A stretch of 32,000 nucleotides of DNA from Cereibacter sphaeroides 2.4.1 (GCF_000012905.2 NC_007493.2:1740001-1772000); one strand, 5' to 3'. Shown: positions 15,169-24,432, numbered from the stretch's first letter. Notes: a model not told the origin generated them from the letters alone. Numbers and translations: made by a program.

Positions 15169-15977
15169 CAGCGGGCCTCCTTCTGATGGAGGCCGCCGCC
15201 GAGCGAGCGCCAACCGGTCTCGTGTCCGCGCAGGCTTTCGGTGACGCTCGTGACGAGCCAGCCGCCCGGTTCGGTCGCGGCATGGAGCGCGCGCAGCGTC
15301 TCGGCCTGATCGGCCCGGTCGAAGTAATAGAGCACGTTGCGGCAGAAGATCGCCTGAAACGGCTTGCGGAAGGGGAAGGGCCGGGTCTTGAGGTTCATCC
15401 GGCGGAAGGTGCAGGCGGCCGCGATCTCGGGCGCCACGCGGTAGCTGCCGCCGCCCAGCGGCACGAACCAGCGCCGGAGCACCGCATCGGGCACCTGTTC
15501 GAGATGGCGGCGGCGGTAGATCCCCTGCTCGGCCTGCTCGACCATGGGCGCGCTGATGTCGGTGCCGAGGATCTGGGTCCGCGCAAGACCCTCGGGCCCC
15601 AGCGTCTCGGCGATCATCATGGCGATCGTATAGACCTCGTCGCCGCTCGAGCAGGCCGCGCTCCAGATGCGGATCTGCTCGCGGCGCGCGAGCACGGGCA
15701 GCACCATGGCGCGGAAGGCGTCGAGCACGTCCGGCTCGCGGCAGAAATAGGTGTGGTTGGTCGAGGCCGCATGCATCACCGCCAGTTCGAGCTCGTGCGA
15801 GCCTTGGGCATCGAGGCGCAGCGCGATGTCGGCAAGGCTGCCGAGATCGTAGGCCCGGCGCACGCGGGTCAGCCGCTGGCGCAGAAGCTCGCCCTTGTGC
15901 TCGGGATAGGCGATGCCGCAGCGCCGGCTCAGCCAGACGCGGATCGCCTCGTAGCCCGCCTCCTCGCGGAGCGTCAT
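15168..15977 (-). CDS. cheR3: CheR methyltransferase
   Basis: Motifs are TNHTYFCREP, IRIWSAACSSGDEVYTIAMM and IFCRNVLYYF. Its ATG overlaps the cheA4 stop (ATGA at 15974-15977). Confidence 0.9.
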   Translation of the reverse strand: MTLREEAGYEAIRVWLSRRCGIAYPEHKGELLRQRLTRVRRAYDLGSLADIALRLDAQGSHELELAVMHAASTNHTYFCREPDVLDAFRAMVLPVLARREQIRIWSAACSSGDEVYTIAMMIAETLGPEGLARTQILGTDISAPMVEQAEQGIYRRRHLEQVPDAVLRRWFVPLGGGSYRVAPEIAAACTFRRMNLKTRPFPFRKPFQAIFCRNVLYYFDRADQAETLRALHAATEPGGWLVTSVTESLRGHETGWRSLGGGLHQKEAR

Positions 15978-17173
15978 GCCGCACCTCCCGCCGCGAGGCG
16001 GTTGCCGTCGAGCACGAGCGCCACCTCGCCGGTGCCGAGAAGCGCGCAGCCCCAGCTGGCGCGGACCTGCGCAAGGCGGCCGGTGAGGGGTTTCATCACC
16101 ACCTGCTGGCGGTCGAGCACCTCGTCGACCGGCAGCGCGATGAGGCCTGTGGCGGTGCTGACCACGGCCAGCACCTGCCCCGCCGGCGGAGGGACCGCCG
16201 AGGGTGCCTCGCCGTAGAACCGCTCGAGCCGGCAGACCGGGATCCAGTGGCCGCGGAGCCTCAGCATCTCGGAGCCGCCGGCGGCACCCACGCCCATCAG
16301 GTCGCAGGGCTTCGGCTGCACGATCTCGGACACCGCGTCGATGGGCAGCGCATAGAGCCGCGCGCCCAGACGCAGGATGATGCAATCGAGGAAGGCCAGC
16401 GAGACGGGAATGTGGAGCGAGACCTCGCTGCCCTGCCCGTCGCGGCTGTCGACGCCGATGCGGCCGCGCAGGGCGGTCATGGTGGCGTTGAGCACATCCA
16501 TCCCCACCCCGCGGCCCGAGAGGTTCGTCACCGCCTCGGCGGTGGAGAAGCCGGGCTCGAAGATCACCTTCCAGAGGGTCGCGGGCTCGGGCTCCTCGTC
16601 GGGACCGAAGAGGCCGCGCTCGCGCGCGCGCTTCAGGATCTTCGGCCGCGAGAGGCCGCGCCCGTCGTCGGACACCGAGATCCGCACCTCCGAGCCCGCC
16701 TGCGCGGCCGCGAGCACGATCCGTCCCGTCTCGGGCTTGCCCGCCGCACGGCGCTCCTCGGGCGGTTCGAGCCCGTGATCGGCCGAGTTGCGCACCACAT
16801 GGAGGAGCGGGTCGTAGAGCTGGTCGGCCACGAGCTTGTCGATCGCCGTCTCGGCTCCCTCGAAGACCATCTCGATCTTCTTGCCCGTCTGCCGCTCGAG
16901 TTCGCGCACCATCCGGCGGAGGCGCTTGAACACCTCCTCGACCGGCACGAGCCTGAGTTCGGTCGCGGCATCCTGCACCTCGCGCACGATCATCCGGAGC
17001 CGGTGGACGGCCCCGTCGAAGGCGGGAAGCTCCAGCCCTTCCAGATCGGGCGAATGGACCGTCTCGGCCACCGAAAGCGAGAGCTCGCCCACGAGATCCA
17101 TGAGCCGGCCGATCTTCTCGGAGGAGACGCGCAGGAGCCCGCCGTCGGGCCCGGCCTCGACAGGCGCGCTCAT
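15974..17173 (-). CDS. cheA4: truncated CheA with P3-P4-P5 only, no Hpt (CheA4-type)
   Basis: The 399-aa protein starts directly in the dimerisation region. It has an intact N box (HVVRNSADHGLE), G1 (DDGRGL), G2 (GRGVGMD) and a C-terminal CheW-like domain. No HxxKG Hpt motif is present. Confidence 0.9.
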   Translation of the reverse strand: MSAPVEAGPDGGLLRVSSEKIGRLMDLVGELSLSVAETVHSPDLEGLELPAFDGAVHRLRMIVREVQDAATELRLVPVEEVFKRLRRMVRELERQTGKKIEMVFEGAETAIDKLVADQLYDPLLHVVRNSADHGLEPPEERRAAGKPETGRIVLAAAQAGSEVRISVSDDGRGLSRPKILKRARERGLFGPDEEPEPATLWKVIFEPGFSTAEAVTNLSGRGVGMDVLNATMTALRGRIGVDSRDGQGSEVSLHIPVSLAFLDCIILRLGARLYALPIDAVSEIVQPKPCDLMGVGAAGGSEMLRLRGHWIPVCRLERFYGEAPSAVPPPAGQVLAVVSTATGLIALPVDEVLDRQQVVMKPLTGRLAQVRASWGCALLGTGEVALVLDGNRLAAGGAA

Positions 17174-17317
17174 GGCCGCCCCCCCGGATGACGCAGGGCC
17201 CGGGGCCGCGCGCGGCCCGCATCCGCGCCGGCGGAGGCGCGGCAGGCCGGTCGAGGCAGGACGGACAGGGAGAGGATCGGGGACATGGGGCTGGATGGCT
17301 CTCGGGCGGGGCCGCGG

Positions 17318-17623
17318 TCAGGCCGCTTCGTCGCTGCGGTCGAAGTTGAAGATGCAGACGCCGTCGAAGCCCGTGGACTTGAACAGGAAGGTCTTCTTCA
17401 TCGTGTCGAGGAAGCCGCCGTGCTTCTTCTCGAAATTCTTCAGCTCCCCGATCGCCGGGAAGAAGACATTGATCGACACGTCGCCCTCCTTCGAGATCAG
17501 CACGTTCAACCCGCTGAGATTGCAGGTGGGGATCGCGTTGCCGAGGGCCTCGACCACGAAGGGCACGGCGATCTGTGCGGCATCGAGACTTGGAAATTTC
17601 AGATGGTAGGTCTTGGACAACAT
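17318..17623 (-). CDS. 101-aa hypothetical protein, possibly a ferredoxin-like (ABM/Dabb-like) fold
   Basis: It is a clean ORF 144 nt upstream of cheA4 on the same strand. Hand count gives 57.5% GC (176/306) versus about 68% in neighbouring lines. It has 9 Lys to 1 Arg and 11 Phe, which is atypical here. A beta-alpha-beta-like pattern is visible (YHLKF..AAQIAVPFVVEAL..NVLISKEGDVSINVFF..ELKNFEKKH). Confidence 0.55.
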   Translation of the reverse strand: MLSKTYHLKFPSLDAAQIAVPFVVEALGNAIPTCNLSGLNVLISKEGDVSINVFFPAIGELKNFEKKHGGFLDTMKKTFLFKSTGFDGVCIFNFDRSDEAA

Positions 17624-17638
17624 GACGCTTGGGGCCCC

Positions 17639-17653
17639 GCAATCTTTGTTCCG
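17639..17653 (-). promoter_or_regulatory. candidate sigma54 (-24/-12) element upstream of the 101-aa gene / che operon
   Basis: The minus strand reads CGGAACAAAGATTGC, with correct GG-N10-GC spacing and a perfect TTGC. The -12 GC is only about 16 nt from ATG 17623, which implies a nearly leaderless mRNA. Confidence 0.35.
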
Positions 17654-17703
17654 TGGGACGGGAAACGGCGCTGCGGCGGGGGATGTGAGTCATCTGAGGG
17701 ATG

Positions 17704-17721
17704 GAACGGATACATCCGTTC
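17704..17721. promoter_or_regulatory. 18-bp palindrome, candidate activator or operator site in the divergent intergenic region
   Basis: GAACGGAT-AC-ATCCGTTC has perfect 8-bp arms. GGATACAT recurs at 17740-17747. It lies about 55 bp upstream of the candidate minus-strand sigma54 element and about 275 bp upstream of the fleT promoter. Confidence 0.35.
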
Positions 17722-17993
17722 GTATGGGCTTCTCTGGCGGGATACATACCGGCGCGACGAGGGACCGGCGAAAGCCAGGGACACTCTCGGCGGCAGGGAT
17801 CCTCGCTGGCCGAAAGACCTGTCGGAAAGCCGCCCCTGACCGCGGGCAGAGGGGCCGCTGACGGTTCTTCGACAGAGGACAGCGGTCAATATCCCGACAA
17901 TGCGCGCAGCACGCCCCCGGTTCCCGCCTTATCGACAGGCGCGCCGCCCGTTTTAGAGCGCGGTGAAAAATTTTCTTCGTGCGCCGCCCGTGT

Positions 17994-18008
17994 TGGCACG
18001 ATCCCTGC
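17994..18008 (+). promoter_or_regulatory. sigma54 (-24/-12) promoter of the fleT-fliEFGHIJ operon
   Basis: TGGCACGATCCCTGC has a perfect -24, and a -12 of CTGC with correct spacing. It lies 41 nt upstream of ATG 18049. Confidence 0.6.
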
Positions 18009-18048
18009 CTCTAGGCTGACGAGAGACAGGAAGCGTCGAGGAGCAGAA

Positions 18049-19185
18049 ATGGCCGCCATCCAGATCATCGGAACCGACTTTGCTGCCGCTGCGGCGCTCG
18101 AGGGGCTGCTCGCCCGCAGGCGCGTGCGCCTTTCGGGGCCGGACGGCGGCCCGGTGTCGGTGCTGGCCTGCTCGGCCCACCATGAGGCGCAGGCGGGCGG
18201 CACGGTGGGCGTGACCCAACTGGCCCGGGCCGCGGGCGCCCGCGGCGTGGTGGTCGTCGAGGAAGGCGCAGCCGCGCTCGCGGTCTCCTCGGAACTGGGC
18301 GGCCGGCTCCTCCGCGTGACGCTGCCCCGGCCCACAGGCACGGCGCCCCACCGCGACGCGGCGCTGCTGGCGCTGACCGATCTCCTCGCCTCGCAGGTCT
18401 CGGCCATGGTGGCGGCCGATGCGGCGACCGGCGCGCTGATCGACCTCGCCGCCCGCGTGGCGCGCACCGATGTCACCGTCTTCATCAACGGGCCCACCGG
18501 CTCGGGCAAGGAGGTGCTGGCGCGCAAGGTGCATGAGGCGAGCCGCCGCGCAGCCGCCCCCTTCATCGCGATCAACTGCGCGGCCATCCCCGAGAACATG
18601 CTGGAAGCCATGCTCTTCGGCCATGAGAAGGGCGCCTTCACCGGCGCCTCGGGCGCCAACAAGGGCATCATCCGTGCGGCCGAGGGCGGCACGCTCCTGC
18701 TCGACGAAGTGTCGGAAATGCCGATGGGGCTGCAGTCGAAGCTGCTGCGGGTGCTGCAGGAGCGGCGGGTGACGCCGCTCGGCAGCCAGACCGAGGTGCC
18801 CGTCGATGTGCGCATCGTCGCCACCTCGAACCGGCACATGCCCGAGGAGGTCCGCGCCCGCCGCTTCCGCGAGGATCTGTGGTATCGGCTGAATGTCTTC
18901 CCGCTGACGACGAAGCCGCTCTGCGAGCGCCCCGACGACATTCCGGCGCTGGCCGTGGCGCTTCTGCGCCGCCATTGCCCGGCCGAGCTCGCGCTGCCGC
19001 TGCTGACGCCCGAGGCGCTCGAGACGCTCCTCGCCCACGACTGGCCCGGCAATGTGCGCGAGCTGGAGAATGTCATCCAGCGCGCCCTCGTCCTGCACGA
19101 GGGAGGCCGGATCGTGCCGGACGACATCGTGATCGATGCCGTGCCGCAGCTGCCCATGCGCCCGCTGCATCTGGCGGCCGTCTGA
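18049..19185 (+). CDS. fleT: sigma54 enhancer-binding-type AAA+ activator lacking a C-terminal DNA-binding domain
   Basis: GAGGAG SD. It has Walker A GPTGSGKE, the GAFTGA loop (HEKGAFTGA), and [12 protein letters not shown] near the end. The protein stops about 30 aa later with no Fis-type HTH. Its position directly upstream of fliE is as I recall for R. sphaeroides fleT. Confidence 0.75.
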   Translation: MAAIQIIGTDFAAAAALEGLLARRRVRLSGPDGGPVSVLACSAHHEAQAGGTVGVTQLARAAGARGVVVVEEGAAALAVSSELGGRLLRVTLPRPTGTAPHRDAALLALTDLLASQVSAMVAADAATGALIDLAARVARTDVTVFINGPTGSGKEVLARKVHEASRRAAAPFIAINCAAIPENMLEAMLFGHEKGAFTGASGANKGIIRAAEGGTLLLDEVSEMPMGLQSKLLRVLQERRVTPLGSQTEVPVDVRIVATSNRHMPEEVRARRFREDLWYRLNVFPLTTKPLCERPDDIPALAVALLRRHCPAELALPLLTPEALETLLAHDWPGNVRELENVIQRALVLHEGGRIVPDDIVIDAVPQLPMRPLHLAAV

Positions 19186-19198
19186 CGGAGCGGCAGGC

Positions 19199-19522
19199 AT
19201 GACCATCCAGTCGATCAGCGGCGCCCTGCCGCTCGGCGGGCTTCAGGACGCGTCCGCCAGCCAGCGCCCGCAACCGCTCGGACAGACGGAGCGCACCGCC
19301 GCGCCCGCCTTCAGCGAGCGGCTCGGCCATGCCGTCGAGGATCTGGCGCGCGCCCAGAGCGAGGCGGGCGAGAAGGCCGCCGCCTTCGAGCGCGGCGAGA
19401 CGGGCAACCTGGCCGAGGTGATGATCTCGCAGCAGGTCTCGTCGCTGGGGTTCCAGCTTGCCCTCAACGTGCGCAACAAGGCGCTCGGCGCCTATCGCGA
19501 CATCATGAACATGCCGGTCTGA
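19199..19522 (+). CDS. fliE: flagellar hook-basal body protein FliE
   Basis: 107 aa. The C-terminus is EVMISQQVSSLGFQLALNVRNKALGAYRDIMNMPV, a typical FliE ending. Confidence 0.85.
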   Translation: MTIQSISGALPLGGLQDASASQRPQPLGQTERTAAPAFSERLGHAVEDLARAQSEAGEKAAAFERGETGNLAEVMISQQVSSLGFQLALNVRNKALGAYRDIMNMPV

Positions 19523-19541
19523 GAGCCGGGGAAAGCGACCG

Positions 19542-21254
19542 ATGGCCCCTTCTCCCACGCCTCCCGCCGTGCGCGGACCTGCCAGCGCACTGATCCCGCA
19601 GATGCGCGGCATGGTGGAGCAGATCCGCCGGTTCGGCGACCAGCCGGGCCTGCGCCGCGCCATGCCCGCCATCCTCATCCTCGCGGTGACGGTGCTCGCG
19701 CTGGCCGGATGGATCCTCCTGCGGGAACCCGCCCGCGTGACGCTCTATCCCGGCCTGCCCGAGGCCGAGAAGGCGCGCGTGATCGACAGCCTGACCGGCG
19801 GCGGCATCGCGGCCGTGATCGACGAGCGCACCGGCGAGGTGGCGGTGCCGGGCGCCGACTATCACCGCGCGCGGATGCTGCTCGCGGCCCAGGGCCTGCC
19901 GCAGGGTCTGCCCGACGGGAATGCGCTTCTGAGCGATCTGCCGATGGGCACCTCGAAATCGGTCGAGACGGCGCGGCTCCGGCAGGCGCAGGAGCTCGAT
20001 CTCGCGCGGTCGATCACCGAGATTTCCGCCGTCTCGGCCGCGCGCGTGCATCTGGCGCTGCCCGAACGCTCGGCCTTCCTGCGCGAGAGCCAGCCGCCGC
20101 GGGCGAGCGTCTTTCTCCAGATCGTGCCGGGGCGCACGCTCGACGGCGCGCAGGTCGAGGCCATCGTGAACCTCGTCTCCTCTTCGGTGCCGGGCATGGC
20201 GCGGCAGGATGTGACGGTGGTCGACCAGATGGGGCGGCTCCTGTCGCGGGGCTCGGACGATCCGGCCGTGCTGCTGAACGACCGCCAGCTCCAGCACCGG
20301 GTGCAGCTCGAGACGCTCTACCGCAACCGGATCGAGAGCCTGCTCACCCCTATCGCGGGGCCGGGCAACCTTGCGGTGCAGGTCACGATCGACATGGATT
20401 TCACCCGCCAGGAGATCCGCGAGGAGCAGGTCGACCCCGACCGCACCGCGCTGCTGGCCGAGCAAAGCCAGATCGAGGAGACGGCCGACCCGCAGGCCCG
20501 GGGCATTCCGGGCGCCGTGTCGAACAGCCCGCCGCCCGAGGCCGCGCTCGAGGCCGGCGCGCCGCCCACCGCCGCGGGCGAGGCGGCAACGCCGATGCGC
20601 AGCCGGTCGCAGAACTCGACCCGCAATTTCGAGGTGAGCCGCAAGGTCGAGACCACCCTGCCCGCCACCGCCCGCATCGCGCGGGTGAGTGCGGCGGTCG
20701 TGGTGCGCGCCCAGCCGCAGCCCGCCGCCACCGATCCCGCAGCCCCGCCGCCCCCGCTCCTGCCCGAGGCGCTGAAGGCCGATCTCGAGCGGCTGACCCG
20801 CTCGGCGGTGGGCTTCGACGCCGACCGGGGCGATGTGGTGACGATCACGGCCCAGCCCTTCCTCGACACGGTGGTGCCCGAGGCTTCCGGCTGGAGCGCC
20901 GAGCCGTGGCTCGCGGATCTGGCGCGGCAGGGCTTCCTTCTCGCGGCGCTGGCCGTGGTGGCGCTGGGCGTCGTGCGGCCGATCCTGAACCGCGTGCTTC
21001 TGCCCGCACCCGCCGCAGCCGGCGCGCTGCCTCTGGGCGAAACGGCGGTGGAAGTGGGCGAAGGCGAGAGCCTCGACGACGTACGCGCCCGCCTCAAGGC
21101 GCGTCAGGGGGCGCTGACCAAGAACATGCTGGATGCGGCGCGCAGCCACGAGGAGCAGATCCTCGTCATCCGCAAGCTCGTCGAGGAGGACGAGGGCCGC
21201 ATCGCCACCACCATCCGCCAGATGATCGCGGCCGAGCTCGACACCGTGAAGTGA
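19542..21254 (+). CDS. fliF: MS-ring protein FliF
   Basis: 570 aa with an N-terminal TM, a YscJ/FliF region (ELDLARSITEISAVSAARVHLALPE), a second TM near the C-terminus, and the expected position. Confidence 0.9.
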   Translation: MAPSPTPPAVRGPASALIPQMRGMVEQIRRFGDQPGLRRAMPAILILAVTVLALAGWILLREPARVTLYPGLPEAEKARVIDSLTGGGIAAVIDERTGEVAVPGADYHRARMLLAAQGLPQGLPDGNALLSDLPMGTSKSVETARLRQAQELDLARSITEISAVSAARVHLALPERSAFLRESQPPRASVFLQIVPGRTLDGAQVEAIVNLVSSSVPGMARQDVTVVDQMGRLLSRGSDDPAVLLNDRQLQHRVQLETLYRNRIESLLTPIAGPGNLAVQVTIDMDFTRQEIREEQVDPDRTALLAEQSQIEETADPQARGIPGAVSNSPPPEAALEAGAPPTAAGEAATPMRSRSQNSTRNFEVSRKVETTLPATARIARVSAAVVVRAQPQPAATDPAAPPPPLLPEALKADLERLTRSAVGFDADRGDVVTITAQPFLDTVVPEASGWSAEPWLADLARQGFLLAALAVVALGVVRPILNRVLLPAPAAAGALPLGETAVEVGEGESLDDVRARLKARQGALTKNMLDAARSHEEQILVIRKLVEEDEGRIATTIRQMIAAELDTVK

Positions 21255-21255
21255 C

Positions 21256-22278
21256 ATGACCACAGCAGCCGCCACCCAGTTCAAGACGCTCACCGGCACG
21301 CAGAAGGCCGCCATCCTGCTCATGCTGTTCGGCGAGACGACGGCCGCGCAGATCCTGCGCAACCTCACCCCGCGCGAGGTGCAGCATCTGGGCACAGCCA
21401 TGTACAGCGTGCGCGGCATCGATCAGGACACGCTGAGCCTCGTGCTCGAGGATTTCCTCGACACGCTCCGCCGCCAGACCGGCCTCGGCTTCGGCGCGGC
21501 GGGCTATATCCGCAACGTCCTGTCGGCAGCCTTCGGCGAGGACAAGGCCGAGACGGTCATCAGCCGCATCGGCCAGTCCGCCTCCGAGCGCCCGCTCGAG
21601 ATCCTCGAATGGATGGACGCGCCCTCGATCGCCGAGTTGCTGGTGGACGAGCATCCGCAGATCATGGCGCTGACGGTGGCCTGCCTCGATCACGCGCTGG
21701 CAGCCCAGGTGCTGGCGCTGCTGCCCGAGCAGATCCAGCCCGAGGTCGTCCAGCGCATCGCCTCGCTGAACACGGTGCAGCCCGAGGCGCTGGCCGATCT
21801 CCAGCAGGTCATGCAGCGCAAGTTCAAGGCCTCGACCACCATGCGCGCGAGCCAGATCGGCGGGGTGAAGGCGGCCGCGCGGATCATGAACTTCACCCGC
21901 ACCGCGACCGAGGCGCGGATCCTCAAGGACATCCGCAAGGACGACAAGGACCTGATGCAGGCGATCCAGGACAACATGTTCGTCTTCGACAATCTCATCA
22001 AGTCCGACGACCGCTCGCTGCAGACGCTCCTGCGGGCGGTGGACAACGAGACGCTGGTGCTGGCGCTGAAGGGCGCGGACGAGGGGCTGCGGGCGAAGAT
22101 CCTCGGCTGCATGTCGACGCGGGCCGCGGCCACGGTGCGGGACGAGATGGAGGCCCTGGGCCCGGTGCGGCTGACCGATGTGCAGGCCGCGCAGAAACAG
22201 ATCATCGCGGTGGCCCGGCAGATGTCGGACGAGGGCACGATCGTGCTCGCGGGCCGCGGCGGCGAGCAGATGGTGTAA
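21256..22278 (+). CDS. fliG: rotor/switch protein FliG
   Basis: 340 aa. Motifs are GTQKAAILLMLFGE, MFVFDNL and a conserved C-terminal torque helix region. Confidence 0.9.
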   Translation: MTTAAATQFKTLTGTQKAAILLMLFGETTAAQILRNLTPREVQHLGTAMYSVRGIDQDTLSLVLEDFLDTLRRQTGLGFGAAGYIRNVLSAAFGEDKAETVISRIGQSASERPLEILEWMDAPSIAELLVDEHPQIMALTVACLDHALAAQVLALLPEQIQPEVVQRIASLNTVQPEALADLQQVMQRKFKASTTMRASQIGGVKAAARIMNFTRTATEARILKDIRKDDKDLMQAIQDNMFVFDNLIKSDDRSLQTLLRAVDNETLVLALKGADEGLRAKILGCMSTRAAATVRDEMEALGPVRLTDVQAAQKQIIAVARQMSDEGTIVLAGRGGEQMV

Positions 22279-22281
22279 GGC

Positions 22282-23106
22282 ATGACCGCGCAGACGCCCA
22301 TCGGACCCGAGGATGTGCTGGCCCTGATCCGCGAGACCAACGCGCGCGGCTTCGGCCGTTCGGACCTGCCCGCGCCGGGGCCGGAAGGCCCGTTCCGCCC
22401 GATGCCGCTCTCGGGCCTCGGCCGTGCGGCGCCGGAGGCGCCACGCCCCCCCGATGCCGCAGGGCCGGCCCCCGAAAGCCGTGCGCAGGCCGCGCCCGCG
22501 GGGCTCGTGCCGCCCGACCCTGCCCCGCCTGCTCCGGCGCTGCCCGACCCCGCGCTTCTGGAGGCCGCACGCGCGGAAGGCCGCCGCGACGGCCATGCCG
22601 AGGGACGGGCGGAGGGCCGGGCCGAGGGCCGCCGCGAGGCCGAGGCCGAATTCGCCCACGCGCGCGAGACCTTCCTGCGGCTGGCCGAGCGTCTCTCTGC
22701 GCCCGCGCCCGGCGATACGGCCCGGCTCGCGCGGATGATCGACGGTGCGGTCTGCGCTCTGGCCAGCCAGCGGGCGGGGATCGAAATCGACAGGCATCCC
22801 GCAGGCTTCGCCGTCCGCCTCGAGGCGCTGGCCGACCGCGTGGCGCAGGGCCTGCGGCAGGTGACGCTGCGCCTCAACCCCGAGGACCTGCAGGCGCTGG
22901 CCCCGCATCTGCCCGGCTCGGACCTTCTGTCCGAGGCGCGGGTCGCCGCCGATCCCCGTTTGGCGCGCGGCGATCTCGAGGTGCGCGCCGAGGGGATCCT
23001 GCTCTCCGATCTGCTCGCGCCGGCGGCTTCGCTGCCGGGGGCCGCCGACAGTCCCGCCGCGCCGGAGGCTCCCGGTACGGCCTTCTCCGCGGAGCCCGCC
23101 CGATGA
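22282..23106 (+). CDS. fliH: flagellar export ATPase regulator FliH
   Basis: It sits between fliG and fliI. It has a charged (AEGR)n/EAEAEF helical segment and a C-terminal FliH-like region. The N-terminal half is Pro/Ala-rich. Confidence 0.7.
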   Translation: MTAQTPIGPEDVLALIRETNARGFGRSDLPAPGPEGPFRPMPLSGLGRAAPEAPRPPDAAGPAPESRAQAAPAGLVPPDPAPPAPALPDPALLEAARAEGRRDGHAEGRAEGRAEGRREAEAEFAHARETFLRLAERLSAPAPGDTARLARMIDGAVCALASQRAGIEIDRHPAGFAVRLEALADRVAQGLRQVTLRLNPEDLQALAPHLPGSDLLSEARVAADPRLARGDLEVRAEGILLSDLLAPAASLPGAADSPAAPEAPGTAFSAEPAR

Positions 23107-24431
23107 ACGCGCTGATCGAGGGGCTCGGCCACCATCTCGCCCAGCTGCCGCACCGGCAGGCCCCGCAGGTCACGGGCCGCGTGGTGCGCTACGACGGGCT
23201 TCTGCTGGAATGCGCAGGTTTCCCCGTGAGCCCCGGGGCGCTCTGCCGTGTGGCCACCGAGGATGGCCGCGAGGTGCAGGGCGAAGTGATCGGCTTCGCG
23301 CAGGGCCGCAACCTGCTCTTCCTCGACCAGATGCGGGCGCCGGTGATCGCGGGCGCGCGGGTGCGCCTCGTGCCCGGCGGGCAGATGGCCGCGGTGGGGC
23401 CCGCGCTCCTCGGCCGGGTGATCGATGCCGAGGGCGCGCCGCTCGACGGCCTGCCAGCCCCCGACTGCATGGGCGAATGGCCGCTCGCGGGTCGGGTGAT
23501 GAACCCGCTCGCCCGCACCGCCGTGAGCCGCCCGCTCGACGTGGGGGTGCGCGCGATCAACGCGGCGCTGACGGTGGGACAGGGCCAGCGCATCGGCATC
23601 GTCGCGGGCTCGGGCGTGGGCAAGTCGGTGCTCATCGAGATGATGACGCGCTACACCGCGGCCGACGTGATCGTCGTGGGGCTGATCGGCGAGCGCGCGC
23701 GCGAGGTGGGCGCCTTTGCGGCCTCGGTCATGCAGGGCGAGGCCGCGCGGAAGCTCTGCATGGTGGCGGTGCCCGCCGACCGTTCGCCGCTCCTGCGGCT
23801 GCGGGCCGCGCGAAGGGCCACCGCCATCGCCGAACATTTCCGCAGCGAGGGCAAGCAGGTTCTCCTCATCATGGACAGCCTCACCCGCGTGGCCCATGCG
23901 CAGCGCGAGGTGGGGCTCGCCCTCGGCGAGCAGCCGACGGCCAAGGGCTATCCGCCCTCGGTCGTCTCGATGATCCCGGGCCTGATCGAGCGCACGGGCC
24001 CGGGCCTTCCGGGCGAGGGCGCCATCACCGCGATCTATACCGTGCTGGCCGACGGCGACGACACGACGAACGATCCGGTGGTCGATACGGCGCGCGCCAT
24101 CCTCGATGGCCATTTCGTGCTGTCGCGGCGGCAGACCCAGATGGGGCTCTATCCGGCGATCGACATTCCTCATTCGGTCAGCCGGACCATGAACGACGTG
24201 GTGGACGACCGCCACCGGCGCGCCGCGGCCCGTCTGCGCCAGCTCATCGCGCTCTATTCCGACAACCGGGATCTGATGCTGATGGGAGGCTATGCGGCCG
24301 GGCAGGATGCCGATCTCGATCAGGCGGTGCAGCTGTGGCCGAGGATCCGGGCGCTGATCGGTCAGGGGCCGCACGAGCCCGCGGATTTCGAGGCGAGCCG
24401 CGCGGCCCTTCTCGAGCTGACGGGGCTCTGA
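23103..24431 (+). CDS. fliI: flagellum-specific ATPase FliI
   Basis: Its ATG overlaps the fliH stop (ATGA). It has Walker A GSGVGKS, Walker B LLIMDS, and a conserved C-terminal region. Confidence 0.9.
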   Translation: MNALIEGLGHHLAQLPHRQAPQVTGRVVRYDGLLLECAGFPVSPGALCRVATEDGREVQGEVIGFAQGRNLLFLDQMRAPVIAGARVRLVPGGQMAAVGPALLGRVIDAEGAPLDGLPAPDCMGEWPLAGRVMNPLARTAVSRPLDVGVRAINAALTVGQGQRIGIVAGSGVGKSVLIEMMTRYTAADVIVVGLIGERAREVGAFAASVMQGEAARKLCMVAVPADRSPLLRLRAARRATAIAEHFRSEGKQVLLIMDSLTRVAHAQREVGLALGEQPTAKGYPPSVVSMIPGLIERTGPGLPGEGAITAIYTVLADGDDTTNDPVVDTARAILDGHFVLSRRQTQMGLYPAIDIPHSVSRTMNDVVDDRHRRAAARLRQLIALYSDNRDLMLMGGYAAGQDADLDQAVQLWPRIRALIGQGPHEPADFEASRAALLELTGL

Positions 24432-24432
24432 C

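Noticed and set aside
17203-17218. Perfect 16-bp palindrome GGGCCGCGCGCGGCCC between the 101-aa gene and cheA4, considered as a terminator
   Set aside because: No U-tract follows on the minus strand. It is pure GC, so it could arise easily in this composition. Its function is undetermined.
22597-22632. Three 12-nt repeats encoding (AEGR)3 in FliH
   Set aside because: This is a short low-complexity charged helix typical of FliH and FliH-like proteins, and is not a distinct element.
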